DNA of 64,000 bases, taken from the NCBI GenBank assembly GCA_001244265.2, contig CDLV01000018.1:558001-622000 (forward strand), in the 5' to 3' direction. The position numbers were made by a program, and so were the translations under genes. The stretch comes from Microbotryum violaceum. Taxonomy: Eukaryota. Position 1 is the first letter of the stretch. The number at the start of each line of letters is the position of its first letter. Below are positions 1-12,477 of this stretch, piece after piece. Below the pieces are notes generated by a model. That model ran no database searches. It was not told the origin of the DNA and saw only the letters and a list, made by a program, of their open reading frames with translations.

Positions 1-740
1 CGCAGGCAGTTAAGGGTTATGCAGTGGCAACCGGTTCGACCTGAAGGTGAAGTCAGATTGTATCTAAGGGAAGAAGACAACGGTAGGCCAAAAGGTCAAA
101 CAGACGTGTGCAACGAGACCCGGTCAATGGTACGGTGCCTTCGGACGAAGCATGGATACATGGATATGATAATGATTAAGAGGGATCGGTTCGCAAGTGT
201 GTTTGAAACGGGAGGCGCAAGAAACGGCGATGAGGTCGAAGTTGGAAAAGGTGTATGGACATTTGGTTGTACATCACAAGTTCAGAAGAAGAAGAAGAAG
301 AAAGAGGAGATGCGTCGGCCGAGAGCTATTCTAATTTCGTTGACCCAAAGGTAAATAGATGCGCAGAGATGTCGCCTTGCCTGGATGCGAGCGCCACACC
401 GTTGTGCTGCGGCCCATGCGGTGCGCCCCGAGTCCTTGTAGGACAAAGGTGGGGAACGATTGGTTGTGAAGAAAGACTCCAGTGTAATCTCTGGAAGGGG
501 GGCCGTAGATGAACGGGATGCCGGCGCCCGGAGCACACAGGGGCCCCCGGGCCTTGACGTAGGAAACGGTCCGCTGGGGGGGGGTCGAGTATGCCCAGTG
601 ATCTAGGCGGAGCCTGACAGAATGAGCGTTCTGATGGTATTGATTACAATCCTGTTAAGATTAATTGCCACAATCAAGATGGCAGCTGAGACGCTGTATG
701 CGTGCATGACAATCATCTGAAACTAAACTCAAGGATCTAC

Positions 741-862
741 ACTGAAAGACGCGTCACTGAAAGACGCGTCACTGAAAGTCGCGTCACTGAAAGACGCGTC
801 ACTGAAAGACGCGTCACTGAAAGACGCGTCACTGAAAGACGCGTCACTGAAAGACGCGTCAC
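741..862. repeat. 15-bp tandem repeat (ACTGAAAGACGCGTC) x8
   Basis: Eight head-to-tail copies from 741 to 860. Copy 3 has one substitution (AAAGTCGCG). Confidence 0.97.
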
Positions 863-906
863 AAACCACAGAGACATAACAAATATCGGTCATCTTGCAG
901 ACCGAC

Positions 907-2215
907 TCAGAGCATAGTATGCCCAAAGAAAGACATAAGAACGGTCTCAATCCATCGACGATGTTTTGCTTCATTCATCCTCCGGTCTCCTCCGCCACCC
1001 CCCCCCCCCCCCCCCCCCCCCGCTATTTTTTCTCTATCTTCTTCTCCGCTTTTTTCTGCGCCGCGTACTTCTCCGCCTTCCTCCCCGGCTCCACCAAATC
1101 TTGGGCTCAGGGGTCCTTCTCCGCCATTCAAGTCATTGTCGCTTGCCTCTGCCTCCGTGTTGTCGTTCGGGTCCGCCGAGGGTACGATAGCGAGGCGGCC
1201 GTGACGGAGGTCGTCAATGATAGCCTTGAGCTGAGCAACGGTTCGCTTGGGCGATGTCTCTGCACTATGATGCAGAGCCATTTCGTATCTACTCTTCGTT
1301 CCGGGCTTGATCCGCAATTTGACACCCAGTGCCTTCAAGCCCTGGGTAGACCATATCATCTTCTTCTGAGGTGTGAAATCGCCTATCGATGATTCCGTGT
1401 CGGAACGGCGATGTATAGTCTCGAGAGCAAAGTCTGTAAAGACGGAAATGATTAGCACGGAGTCGAGCCCGATCAGATGCAGACTACTTACTGAGTTGGG
1501 CGCGGAACAGAGTGCCGTGCCATTTTCCAAGAACGCCACGAGTAGCACTGTCCATCGAGCGAGTTTTTGCTGATATATGAGACGAAAACATATGTCACAT
1601 AATTGGTAACGGTAACTTGGTCTCATGCGCGTATAACTTGCGATGAAAGGCTCACCCTCTTTCAGATTTGCCGCTTCATTGGCCTTGAGTGTCTCATCCC
1701 AGCTCATCTTGGAAGCAAAATTAGACAACAAGGAATTGCCGGATGGATCCTTGAAGTCGTTGCAGTGAGCTGCAAATCTGAGCCCACTTAGGGTTACCCT
1801 TGCTTGCTCTCTGGTGTAAAACCTTGATTACAGGGTCCGAGAGAAATCTAGACCACGCATTGCCCTTCGAAGCGAGCCTGTCGAACTTTTTGACGGCCTG
1901 AACGAGCCTTGCATGAGATATGCCGAGTTTCGCGGCCATCTTGAGCTCCGAGTAATATCTTCGAGCGGCCCAGCGCTTCAGCGAGGTCCACTTTCTTTGA
2001 CTCATACGACCGGTCGCGTTCCGATGCGAGCCATGTATGGCCGTCCAGAGCCTGATAGCTCTTCGATGGTCGATCGCGATATCTTCAAACTCGCTCTCAC
2101 TGTGACTGTGACTGTCACTTTCACTGTCACTGTCGTCAGCCGAGGATTGACTGGAATCGCCCAAATTGGGCTCGTCAGAGTCGGAGTCGGACGAAGGAGT
2201 TTGGGGCATGGGCAT
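907..2215 (-). CDS. Hypothetical protein, possibly TE-associated or degenerate (two abutting ORFs, 1721-2215 and 907-1731)
   Basis: Acidic S/D N-terminus followed by a helical basic segment (NAWSRFLSD). The ORFs overlap in different frames and no convincing in-phase intron links them. No family recognised. Confidence 0.3.
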
Positions 2216-2984
2216 GCGCCGCTTTCTCTTCCGAGTCGGGCGTCGAGACGGTTCATCCAGAATTGTACTGGCTTGTGAGGAGGCTCGACGACTTTGATCG
2301 TCCCTCCGACCTGCAAGAGGTGTGAGAGAACAGAGAATTCTTCAGCTGTCCGTCAGGATTGAGTAGATAGAAGGATGAGGTTAATGACAGGCACTCTGCT
2401 CTCAGCCCTGCTACAAGGGATCTCAGTTGGCACACCAGACAAGAGCACTCACTCGGATGTACTAGTGGCCCCTTATTACTTATGACCATTTGAGGTGCAC
2501 TGCGCCGGGGTGGGATGGGGTGGGGAGGGCATTGGTGCACCCGACCTGTACCAACCTCCAACCGGGCCAAAAAAACAAAAAAGCTGCCTACTCGCCCGCG
2601 CGGGGGAGCTCATTTGGCTGGGTTAACGGACCTGCCGATCTGCAGAGGTGGGGAAATTGGCCAATCTTGGTGAGATCGCCGGATATCGTCGGCGGACTCG
2701 ATTCCCTCCATTCAACTAAGGACAAGCATACTTTTAAAAGTATGTGTAAACTTAAAAAATTGACCGGAGCGAGCTGGCTACGTACCGCAACCATAGACAA
2801 AGCAAGCTTCAAGTTGAGGGGGGATTAGCCCGGGTTACTTGCCACAGGGTAGTTCTGGTTCGGCGCACTAGCGATCAATTCGGGTGCGCTCGCAGCGCTG
2901 GGCTCAAAGTCTCTCTCGCACACGCCTCAACCACCTCCGCTCACCCAACCCACCTCCACCCACACTCACTACACTACTCTCATC

Positions 2985-4055
2985 ATGGGATTCCCCGAAT
3001 TCTCCACCCCCGCCGGCCTCCAGTCGCTCGAGGCTCACCTCCAACACGTCTCTTACATCGAGGGGTCAGTCACGTTTTTCCTTGTTTCGCTGGGGCGTTC
3101 TTTTTCCTGCTGCGATCGTCGGCCCAGACTTGCGCGCACGCCACGCTCCGCACGACCTTAACACGTTGCACCTCCCGCGCGTCGCCGCCTCTTCCCCTTC
3201 CACCTCATTGTGATGAATACTACGCTTTGGTCCGTGTTTCCGAGTGGCGCCAAAGGGGACTTAAGACCTCCCATATACTTTGCGCCCTTTACGTTGAAGA
3301 CAACCATCATTTTCCAAGCTTTCTGAATTCTCGATCGATCGACCCGTCACACACATGCCACAACACGAGATTGGCGAGCAGTAGAGCTGACACATGATCA
3401 GCTCATTCGTCGTACTAGATACCAACCCTCGCAAGCCGACGTCGCCGTCTTCAAGGCCTTGCCCTCGAGCCCCGACGCAACCACATACCCCCACTCGGCG
3501 CGTTGGTACAAGCACATCCAATCTTACGAGACCGAGCACGTCACCCTCCCCGGCGATGCGTCCAAGCCTCACACCGCTTACGGCCCTTCGTCCTCCGCGT
3601 CTGCGCTCGCCCCTGAACCGGTCGAGGTCACCGAGGCCAAGGCCAAGGCCGCCGACGCTGAGGACGACGATGATGAGATCGACCTTTTCGGTTCCGACGA
3701 TGAAGAGGTCGACGCCGAGGCCGAGGCGTTGAAGCAAAAGCGTTTGGCAGAGTACGCCGCGAAGAAGGCCCACAAGCCCAAGACGATCGCCAAGTCCGTC
3801 GTCACCATGGACGTCAAGCCTTGGGACGACGAGACCGATATGGCCGCATTGGAAAAGTCAGTTCGTTCGATCGAGAAGGACGGTCTCGTTTGGGGTCTTT
3901 CCAAATTGGTTCCCATCGGTTACGGTATCAGGAAGCTGCAGATCACGCTCGTCATCGAGGATGACAAGATCGGATTGGACGATCTCCAGGAGGAGATCGC
4001 CGAGTTCGAGGACTATGTCCAATCGTCCGACATCGTCGCCATGCAAAAGCTTTAA
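2985..4055 (+). CDS. EFB1: Translation elongation factor 1-beta (2 exons; intron 3065-3418)
   Basis: Exon 1 [27 protein letters not shown] joins [11 protein letters not shown]. The acidic hinge [11 protein letters not shown] and the GEF domain [17 protein letters not shown]...[12 protein letters not shown] are present. Confidence 0.97.
3205..3330 (+). ncRNA. snR18: Box C/D snoRNA U18/snR18, intronic
   Basis: Box C GTGATGA at 3210-3216. Guide TTGGTCCGTGTTTC at 3227-3240 is complementary to LSU rRNA GAAACACGGACCAA. D'-like CCGA at 3240-3243, C'-like TTGAAGA near 3294 and box D CTGA at 3323-3326. Yeast snR18 is hosted in the EFB1 intron. Confidence 0.9.
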
Positions 4056-4085
4056 GCGAAGCTCGCACAGGCGCGATGTGGTTCA

Positions 4086-4086
<1 letters not shown>

Positions 4087-4118
<32 letters not shown>
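4087..4118 (+). repeat. Poly(T) tract in the EF-1beta 3' UTR
   Basis: About 32 consecutive T. Confidence 0.9.
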
Positions 4119-5292
4119 CACCTGTCTTTGATGTGTAGTCGCTTCTCGATAATATTAACTCAATCTTGAATAAAAGGACTCTGTGCTTCGGTCTATCCTC
4201 TTGCGAGAGGTCGACATTTCCCACGAAATATTGTGTCTGACCGGTCGTGAGATCTGAGGTAGGGACCGGAGGAGAGCCTCTGTTCAAGTTCAGTGTGCTG
4301 CTATTGCGTATTTTGGCTGTGGCGAAGAGCTCGGAAGATGAGGCACTGATAGGAGTGCACGCCTCCTCGACTCTTCTAGTCTTCGACGAACCGCTGTGAC
4401 GCAGGAGCTTCACGTGGAGCGTCACATGCGCCATGATCACTTCCGAAAGTTGTCAGTGAGATAGTGAGATACTCACAGCAGTACACGACCTAAGAGACAG
4501 AACTAAACCCAAGAACCCAAGTACCTGCCTCTTATCTGTCGCTTCGGAAACGTAGGGGGGGGGGGGGGGCGCTGGGGCATCTCTTCTCTGCTAAGAGGCT
4601 CAAAGATCGATCATGCGGCGCCGGCATTCGGCTCACCTTACTCTTCGTCAAGGGGAAGAGAACCTTTGGTCCATTACACCGACACAGGGGCTTCAAAGAC
4701 CAAAGCCAAACTCTTTTCCTACGTTAGTGTGTTGGGAATGCGGATGCTGTTCACATGACGCAATGCCTCCGTCTTACTAGATCCTCATTTTGACCTCTTT
4801 TCGCCATCGAAAAAGGGGTTCGCCTTACGCTTTACGCCTCGCGAGCCTCGGCTGTCGATCCGGTTTACCTATAATCTGACTACAACTCCCCTGGAGGTAC
4901 ACTTTTGTTCAGTTGCTAGCCCTGACTCCGGACGGAGGTGACGCTCGCGAGAATCAAGACGGCGGGTCCGTCGGCGACTCGTTCCGAACCTTCAAAGCTT
5001 CAACTGCCAGCGGTCGTGGCAGGGCCGGCAGGGACTGAGCCTGAGGCAGGGACGAAACGTTTTCAAACTGAGGAATCTGCGATGGCGAGTATTCATTTAG
5101 GGGAAAATTCTATACAGTCTGATAACGAATTGAAGAAGGGGTGTTTGGAAGTGAAGGTAGAAAGTGGTTGCTGAGTGGTTGCGGATCTGATCCCAGCCCC
5201 GGCGGTATACTGCAGATGTGGGGCCCGAGGTCACGAGCCGGGTTTGGCTTTGTGCGATGATCCGGTCAGCCGACTCTCTAGGTTGAGCAGCG

Positions 5293-8200
5293 ATGGGCGA
5301 CCACACCGGTTCATCGAGTTCGTCCAAACGACACAGCACAAGCAAAGATGACTCTCATTCTTCATCGCACCGTCACCACTCCCACCACTCGTCGCATCGT
5401 AGTAGCCACAACAGCAAGAGGGACGAGACCGCCGATCATGATGACGTCGACGTCAGTTCGGAACGTCATTCCAAGCGACATCGCGCCTCAGAGACCACTT
5501 CTTCATCCAAACACCGATATTCTGGCCCCTCCTCATCGTCCAAGTACCGCAAGGAAACTAGTACAGGGAGAGAACGAGCGCACGAACAGCCAAACGAGGA
5601 GGACGAATGGGTCGAAGCGCCGTCGTCGAATCACGCTACAGGGGCTGCATCATCGTTATTGACGATTCATGCACCCTCCGCCAAAGGATCTCCCATTGAT
5701 ACCGTATCCGAGTTTCAGCTCGGGCAGATTGGGTCCGTCACAGAGGGACTACGCTCGTCGATCGGCCAACAGGACATGACCGACGGCTACGGCGAGGGAG
5801 ACGTCGGGGGAAGTAACAATGGAGGAGGCAGGTTCGGCGATTTGATGAGCAATAACTCGGGCGGGATGGGTATGGATCTGTTTGGGATGATGGGTACGGA
5901 GAGCAAGCGCAAGGACCCGGCCAAGGAGAGGGTCGACCCTTCGGTCAGTGGGGATCGAGATTGGCGTGGGCAGGATCAAACTGATCCTAGTTGTTTCTCC
6001 ACACAGATGATGATGGGTCAATCTTCCCGAGAACTCAACAAGGCGCATTGGCAAGGAATACCCGACCCTCCTTCGGCCGTGCCGACGCTACAGTCGACGG
6101 GTGGGGGTGCCACTCCCCAGTCTCCCGCTCCGGGCTCATCAGGCTCGGCATGGCGCATGTCTAAGCTCAAGCGCACGTTCGAAGTCGCCCAAGAAGAGGG
6201 CAAAGACGTTGAAGAGGTCGCCCTCGATCGCTATGGCAACCTCGACGCCTTTCGTGATGCGATCGAGGAACGCAGGATTCTCGACGAGCGAGAGGATCGA
6301 AGGCGAGGCAGGAGTTCGAATTACGGAGCTGGCCGGTCTGGACCCTCGACTCCGACCGTCGAGTCGTCTTCTTTCCATGCCAACAGACGCTTCATCTATA
6401 CCGACTCGGGATCAGAGTCGATTGGGGCATCTCGGCCTGGTTCTAGGGGTTCGTTCAGGCGACCCGGAGAGGCACCACCCACGGCTGCCTCTTCCGCGGC
6501 GTCGAGCAAGGAAGGCTCCCGACCCTCGACGCCAGTGCCCAGTGTCCTCGCACCCAGACCCATGCTCGCCAACGCCCCACGAACGTCTTCGCACCTCTCG
6601 CAGAGTATCGTACTCCTCCCCGACCCGACCACGACCACGATCGACCCTTCGCCCGTGCTCAGCCAGACCGAGCTCAACAAACTACAAGCGCGCGTCATCA
6701 AAGCGCGCCTGATGGTTGCGGACGATGCAACCGAATTGGAGATCGAGTACGAGAGGGAAAGTATTCGAGCACGCGAGGCACAAGGTCCGATGGGTCATGT
6801 CGAACAGGTCGGTGACAAGGTGGAGATGGTGCCGACGCTCGATGCCCAAGGGAATCTGTACGATATTGGAACGGGCGATCGACCTGAATTGGAGAGGAAG
6901 GCGAATGGACGCAAGCAGAAGGAAAAGGTGAGACCTCGGTCAATGCTAGTTTATATGCCACAGTTTTCTAAACTGTCCCGACTCTCACAGGGATTTCAAT
7001 CGCACGATCCCAAGACGGGCGAGGTGCTGCGCCAATCCGCCGAGGACGACGTCTCGTTGGCCGAGTTGGTGCGACAGGAGCGTTTCAGCGGTGGCGCGGC
7101 GGATCAGAAACGCCTCGACAATGAGTTTGCTTCCCGTATCGCGACCGATCGACGGTTCACGAACGATTTCGATTACATGGATGAGCATGCTGATAGTCTG
7201 GCGAGGAAGAAGATGAAGAGCGACACGATCAAGAAGGCGTTTGCGATTCAGGACTATGCCAAGACCAAGAAAGCGCTCGACAGGTGAGCTCGAGCGATTC
7301 AGGTCGGGGCTCCATATGACTTTTGCTGATGACTCTCTCTGTTCCCTGAAGCTGCACGATGTGCTTCTCCGACTCGGGTGGACCACCTCGATCGGCCGTC
7401 GTCGCTCTGGGGACACGAGCCTACCTCGGCTTGCTCGACAACGAGGAACTCGTCCCGGGCCATTGCCGAATCGTACCCATCCAACATCATTTTACCTCGC
7501 TCGATGCGGACGAAGAGACGTGGGATGAGATCAAAGTGAGTTTATCCAGTTCCTGCATAGTGTTGACGCTCCAGCGCTAACCGCCGACTTGCCCTTGCTT
7601 CTTCTGCCAGAATTTCATGAAGACCTTGATGCAGTATTTTGCCGCTTCGGATCGAGGCGTCGTTTTTTTCGAGACGATCATCTCGCTCAAACACCAAAAG
7701 CACTGCGCCATCGAGGCTTTGCCGGTCCCTTTTGACTTGTTCGATCAACTACCGGTTTATTTCAGGGTTCGTCACCCGAAGCACTGCGTTCACACCACAG
7801 AACACAGAACTAAACTTACCGTGTCGTGTCGCCCTTTTTACAGGAAGCCATCTTCACCTCCGAATCCGAATGGTCCCAAAATCAAAAACTCGTCACCTTC
7901 AACCCCTCCCGCCCCTTCCGTCGAGCTCTGGTGCCCAACTTGCCTTATTTCATGGTCCAATTCGATTACAAGGGTGAGAAGGGGTATGGGCATGTGATTG
8001 AGGGGGTTGATGATACGACGGAGAGGGATAAGGACGGGGATGAATTGAGGGATTATACGGGAGGCGAGAAGGGGGAGGAGTTCAAGAGGTCAGTCAGTTA
8101 AGAAGCGAGCTTGCTTTCTACGGACGTGCGGAAGCTCATTCCTGCTCGTGCTTTTCATCAGATACTTTGCCCATGAAATTATTGGCAACTTGCTTGGACT

Positions 8201-8378
8201 CGAAGCTCGAAGATGGAGGAAACCGCGTCGCATTGGTACGAGGAAGAATGAAGAACGAGTCAGAGCGTTCAGGAAGGGATATGATGCATACGATTGGACC
8301 AAGATGCTGGCTCAAACAAGTGAAGGGAGTGCGGCTGGTGGGTCCAAGGGCGCTGAGGAGGGGGTGGCAAGGGAGTGA
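5293..8378 (+). CDS. CWF19L2: CWF19-like protein 2 (Cwf19, spliceosome-associated; CwfJ C-terminal domains), multi-exon
   Basis: GSAWRMSKLKRTFEVA...EEVALDRYG in the N-terminal half. C-terminal C-x2-C (CTMCF), GHCRIVPIQH, VVFFET, EWSQNQKL, LPYFMVQF..GYGHVIE and YDWTKML. Confidence 0.92.
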
Positions 8379-8895
8379 GTGTGCGGTCATTAGCAAGGAG
8401 ATATAGGTAGAACTTTGTTGTATTCAGGAATTGAGCCCCGAGTTTGAAGTGACGCCCGGCTACTCTGATCGCCGGGCCCTTGGCGGAACAGGGGCCGCGC
8501 TCGCCGTCAGGGCCTGTCGTGCACGGGTGAAAACTCACTCAGCTTGAGAGTGAAAATGGCGTGACGAACAAAAATCCTAAAAAGCACAGAAGAAGGCAAC
8601 AGAGAAAGCGAGAGTAAGGCTGCGCAGAAGCTTCTTAACAGTCACCGTCGGGGAGCCGATGTCACATTGTGGCTGTGCACCGACGATGTTCACGCGATAA
8701 AGCCGAGCTGAGCTGAGACGCTCTCGCCAATCAGTAATCAGTGACTAACCGTGCGCAAAGTGGGGGCGGCGTTGCCTTGACGCGCTTTCCTTGCTCCTGC
8801 CATTCCACAGCGTCACCACCATCACTTCTAGCTGACCGTTACATAGCGCTCAGTGACCTCAACTTGACCCTACTCCAAAACACACACCACCCACG

Positions 8896-11800
8896 ATGAG
8901 CTCCCGCAGCCACAGCGTGGTGTCGGTGCCGCTGGTGCTCGTTGTCGCCGTCGGTTCGTCGGGGTGTGGCCGTGCATCTCGTACCGTGCACGCTCGAGCT
9001 GACTATTCGACTGCTCTTTCAACAGCTTTGATCTGCTTTGCCCCCCAGGTCCATGGTGAGTGGTCTCGGCAGTCACAAACTCAGCCTACAGCGAGCGCCA
9101 AGACAATCACCACTGGCACTCAGCGCACGGGGCGACCCCGATGACCCGATGACGTGCGCCGACCCGGCAGGCTGGCACACTTGGGCTCACCTCACCGAGT
9201 GATGGCTCCCACGTCCAATCAATGCTGACCTTTCTTTCTTTCGTGGCCCTCTTTGCACAGCTTTCGGGTGCGTTGTTCTCGATCTGCATCAAGAAATGAA
9301 GACCATCCCTTGCAGTCGTGCTGACCCCGTAATCGACTCCCGTCTGGACAGAGCCGGCAACATTCCGTCCTTCTCCTATCTCGAAGGCAAAGCGTTCCGG
9401 TCAGTCTCGCGCCCTTCTGAAATACTATCGCGACTCTGGCTCAATCTATCCCGCCCTCTCTTGCACGGCAGCCATGGTGACATCGAGGACATCCTCGCGC
9501 GCATCGTCAAGCAGTCCGGCGGCTTCCTCGGCAGGGGGTCAAAGTTCTCCGGACTCGACATCAAGCGCATCTACTTTGGCAACTGGCTGCGCGACTACTC
9601 CCAGGCCATGGATGTCGCCGGTCTTTCTAAATTGCCCAAGCAGACCAGTTGAGTTTAGCTGATACAGACCTCGCAGAGGGATCGAGAAACTCTATACTGA
9701 CACGGTACTACGCTTCCATCGCTCAGTTTTGAACTTGGTCATGGCTCTCGGATTCTTGGCCCATGGTTACGCAACCGGCGAGTTCGAGGTCACCGACGAC
9801 AGGCTGGGCGTCTACTCTACCACTGAACATATCGATAACCCCAAGGGTAAGCCAAGGTTTAGAGAGCTCTCATCAGAGAAAGTCGCTGACCTAAACTTTC
9901 ACACCATCCCCCTGCAGGCTATGCCGCCGATCAACCCGGAGGCGATGCACGCAGATTCGACCCCCGCCTCCGTCCTCCCGTCGACCCTCGCGAGCTCGAG
10001 ATTGATCCTCGTACGGGTATGAAGAATTACATCGCCAACGAATCCGGCGGATGGGGCACCTCCTCCCGTCTCGTGCGCGAGCGCCTCCACCAATGCATCG
10101 AGCTCGGCCGTCGAGCGCGACACGGAGGCGGAGGTGATGCCGACACGTACGAAGCCTTCCGTCTCCTTGGCTCGTTGCTGCACACCCTCGAAGACTTCAC
10201 AGCCCACTCGAACTGGTGCGAACTTTCGTTGAGGCGCCTCGGCTACCGCGATGTCTTTTGTCATGTCGGCGACCGCGTCACCGTTCAATCACCCGCCGGT
10301 GTGTGCCCTCCCCTCGTCACCGGTACTTTCGGCGGATCCGATTTTATCCACTCGCTGCTCGGCGAGGCAACGGATCACATCTCGGAGGCTTCGGTCTCGG
10401 ACCTCAACAAGGCCATGGACAAGGCTCGTCAGACTCGCGATGGCCCCACTGACACCCTACGGGACCTTTTTGTTCAACTACCTGGATCGACCGGCAAAGA
10501 CTTGTCGCGAGAGATGAACAACGTCGAAGACATTCGTTCGAGGGCCGCCAACGGCACTTTGGACGCCTCGGCGATGAGTCCCCAAGAGCTGCACGCGACC
10601 TTGTGGCAGTTGTTGACGTTCCGCGATAACGTCGTCAAGGGCATCGAGGTCGGCATCTCCAAGATCCCTGGCCTGTCGAGCTTGATCGAGAAGATGACCG
10701 ACTCGGTCAATCGCCTCGTTTTCACCACTTTGGAACCCCTGTTGAAGCCCATTATGTCCCAGGCGACGGCCGTCTTGCAGCAAGGTTCGGCTGAGGTTAT
10801 CAAGAACTCGGATCAATACGCCGTCTTCTCGGACCCTCAAGCTTCGGACCCGACGCACTCGTTCTTGTCCAAGGATCACTTCATTCTCATCCTCAACGAG
10901 CCCGCCGGTCTGTTGGCGACGATCATCGTCGAGCATGCCGTCAAGCTCGTTGTCAACGCTTGGGATCATAGCGAGGTCGACCCCAACGCCGTAGCGAACG
11001 AGATCCTCAAAACGTTCCACCACCCCTACTTTTACGACGACTCGTCGTCGATCCAACGTGAGATGGGCGCGTGCTTGAAGAATTGGATCGACAACACTCC
11101 CGACAAGAATTATATCCTCCACGCTTTGACGAAGCAGTCCGTTCGGGACGGTAAGAACAAGAGGAAGGGGCACGAGAAGGATCAGGTTGGGCATGGGTGT
11201 GGGGGCGAGTACAACTCGATCTTGTCGCCTGAGAAGGTGCAGGCCTTCGCGACGGCCCATGTACCTGGTGCTGCTCAGGCTTTCAGCATGGGACACCAGG
11301 TCAGCAACTATGGGCATCAAGTTGGTGGGGCTTACAACAATGCGCAGCACTATATGGGTTATCGCGATATCAATGACGGTGGAGCGGGTCCTGATCCTAA
11401 TGCTGGCGGATACCAACAACGTGAGTGGACTTGGTAGTACTAGGTGCCCCACATACAAGCTCTTTCGAATGTTCACGAGCGAAGTCGATCTCACAGCCCC
11501 TCCTCTAGACTACAACACCAACTCGTCTTACAACCAATCAGGGGGATACCAACAGCCTCCCCCTCCTCTTCCGATGCAACATGGCTACCAAGATAACTCG
11601 TACCAGCAAGGCGGTTACCAGCAAGGTGGACACCCACAAGGGGGCTATCAGAATCACGAGCAATTCGGTGGACCCCCTCCTCCTGCCCCCCACGGTGGTC
11701 TAGGCGGCTTCAACGGTGGCTTCCAACCCCCTCCTCCTCATGGTGGGTTCCCAGTCAATCAACACCACCAAGGACAACATCAACAGCATCACGGACATGG

Positions 11801-11900
11801 TCAAGCGTATCAACATCAACAGCACCAAAATCATCCTGGAGGTTTTGATGGTGGGTTCGCACCGCCTCCGAATCAGGGGGGTTATAGTGCTGGGTATTGA
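8896..11900 (+). CDS. het-c: HET-C family (heterokaryon incompatibility C domain) protein with signal peptide and Q/G/H/Y-rich tail
   Basis: Spliced N-terminus MSSRSHSVVSVPLVLVVAVALICFAPQVHAFGAGNIPSFSYLEGKAFRHGDIED. Motifs IYFGNWLRDYSQAMD, EHIDNPKGY, LHTLEDFTAHSNWCEL, PLVTGTFGG and DPTHSFLSKDHF. Confidence 0.95.
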
Positions 11901-12477
11901 GAGGTTGGGCTAGGGAAGGTGATCGATGTTTTTGTAGCGGTGCAATTTTGTGCAAATTCGAGTTTGGTTAGTCGATCTGCAAACACATATCAGTGAAGAG
12001 GCAGCATGCTCGATCTCTTTCTTTCCGAAAAAGCACGGAAAGAGTAGAGGTGCGTATTCGCCCCAACAGGATTTAGAGAAGGAGATTATTTTTCTGGTTT
12101 GATCCGCTGTACATGCAGCGCTGACAGCGACCGACCTAATCTAGGATGGCCGGAGTTAAGGGATGGGTGTCGGCCGATGGGTCCGAGCTCAACGCCGTCG
12201 TTTCCCCGAGTCAATAGTTCCATTCGCAAGAGAGAGCCACGCCCCACTTTCCATCGCGTCCCGCATCCTTGCGTATCTCTTTTGCAGCCTCTCACCTATC
12301 GTTTCCGTAAGTAGGCTTGCTGCTCCAGAAGGCGCGGTCTCGTAGCTCAAGCATGCACCAGATGTTATCTTTGCTGCTAGCTTAGCACGTCATCATTCAC
12401 TACCCAACCTCGTGGTGCTGACCCTTGTATTCTCCTGCATAGACCCCACCCAACTCATCACGTCAAAAGAGTAGAGC

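Noticed and set aside
741-862. CRISPR-like array or the RVTER-repeat ORF (702-917)
   Set aside because: There are no spacers, the context is eukaryotic, and the ORF is a by-product of a 15-bp stop-free repeat.
4451-4890. Possible solo LTR starting TGTCAG
   Set aside because: No matching CTGACA terminus or target-site duplication was found.
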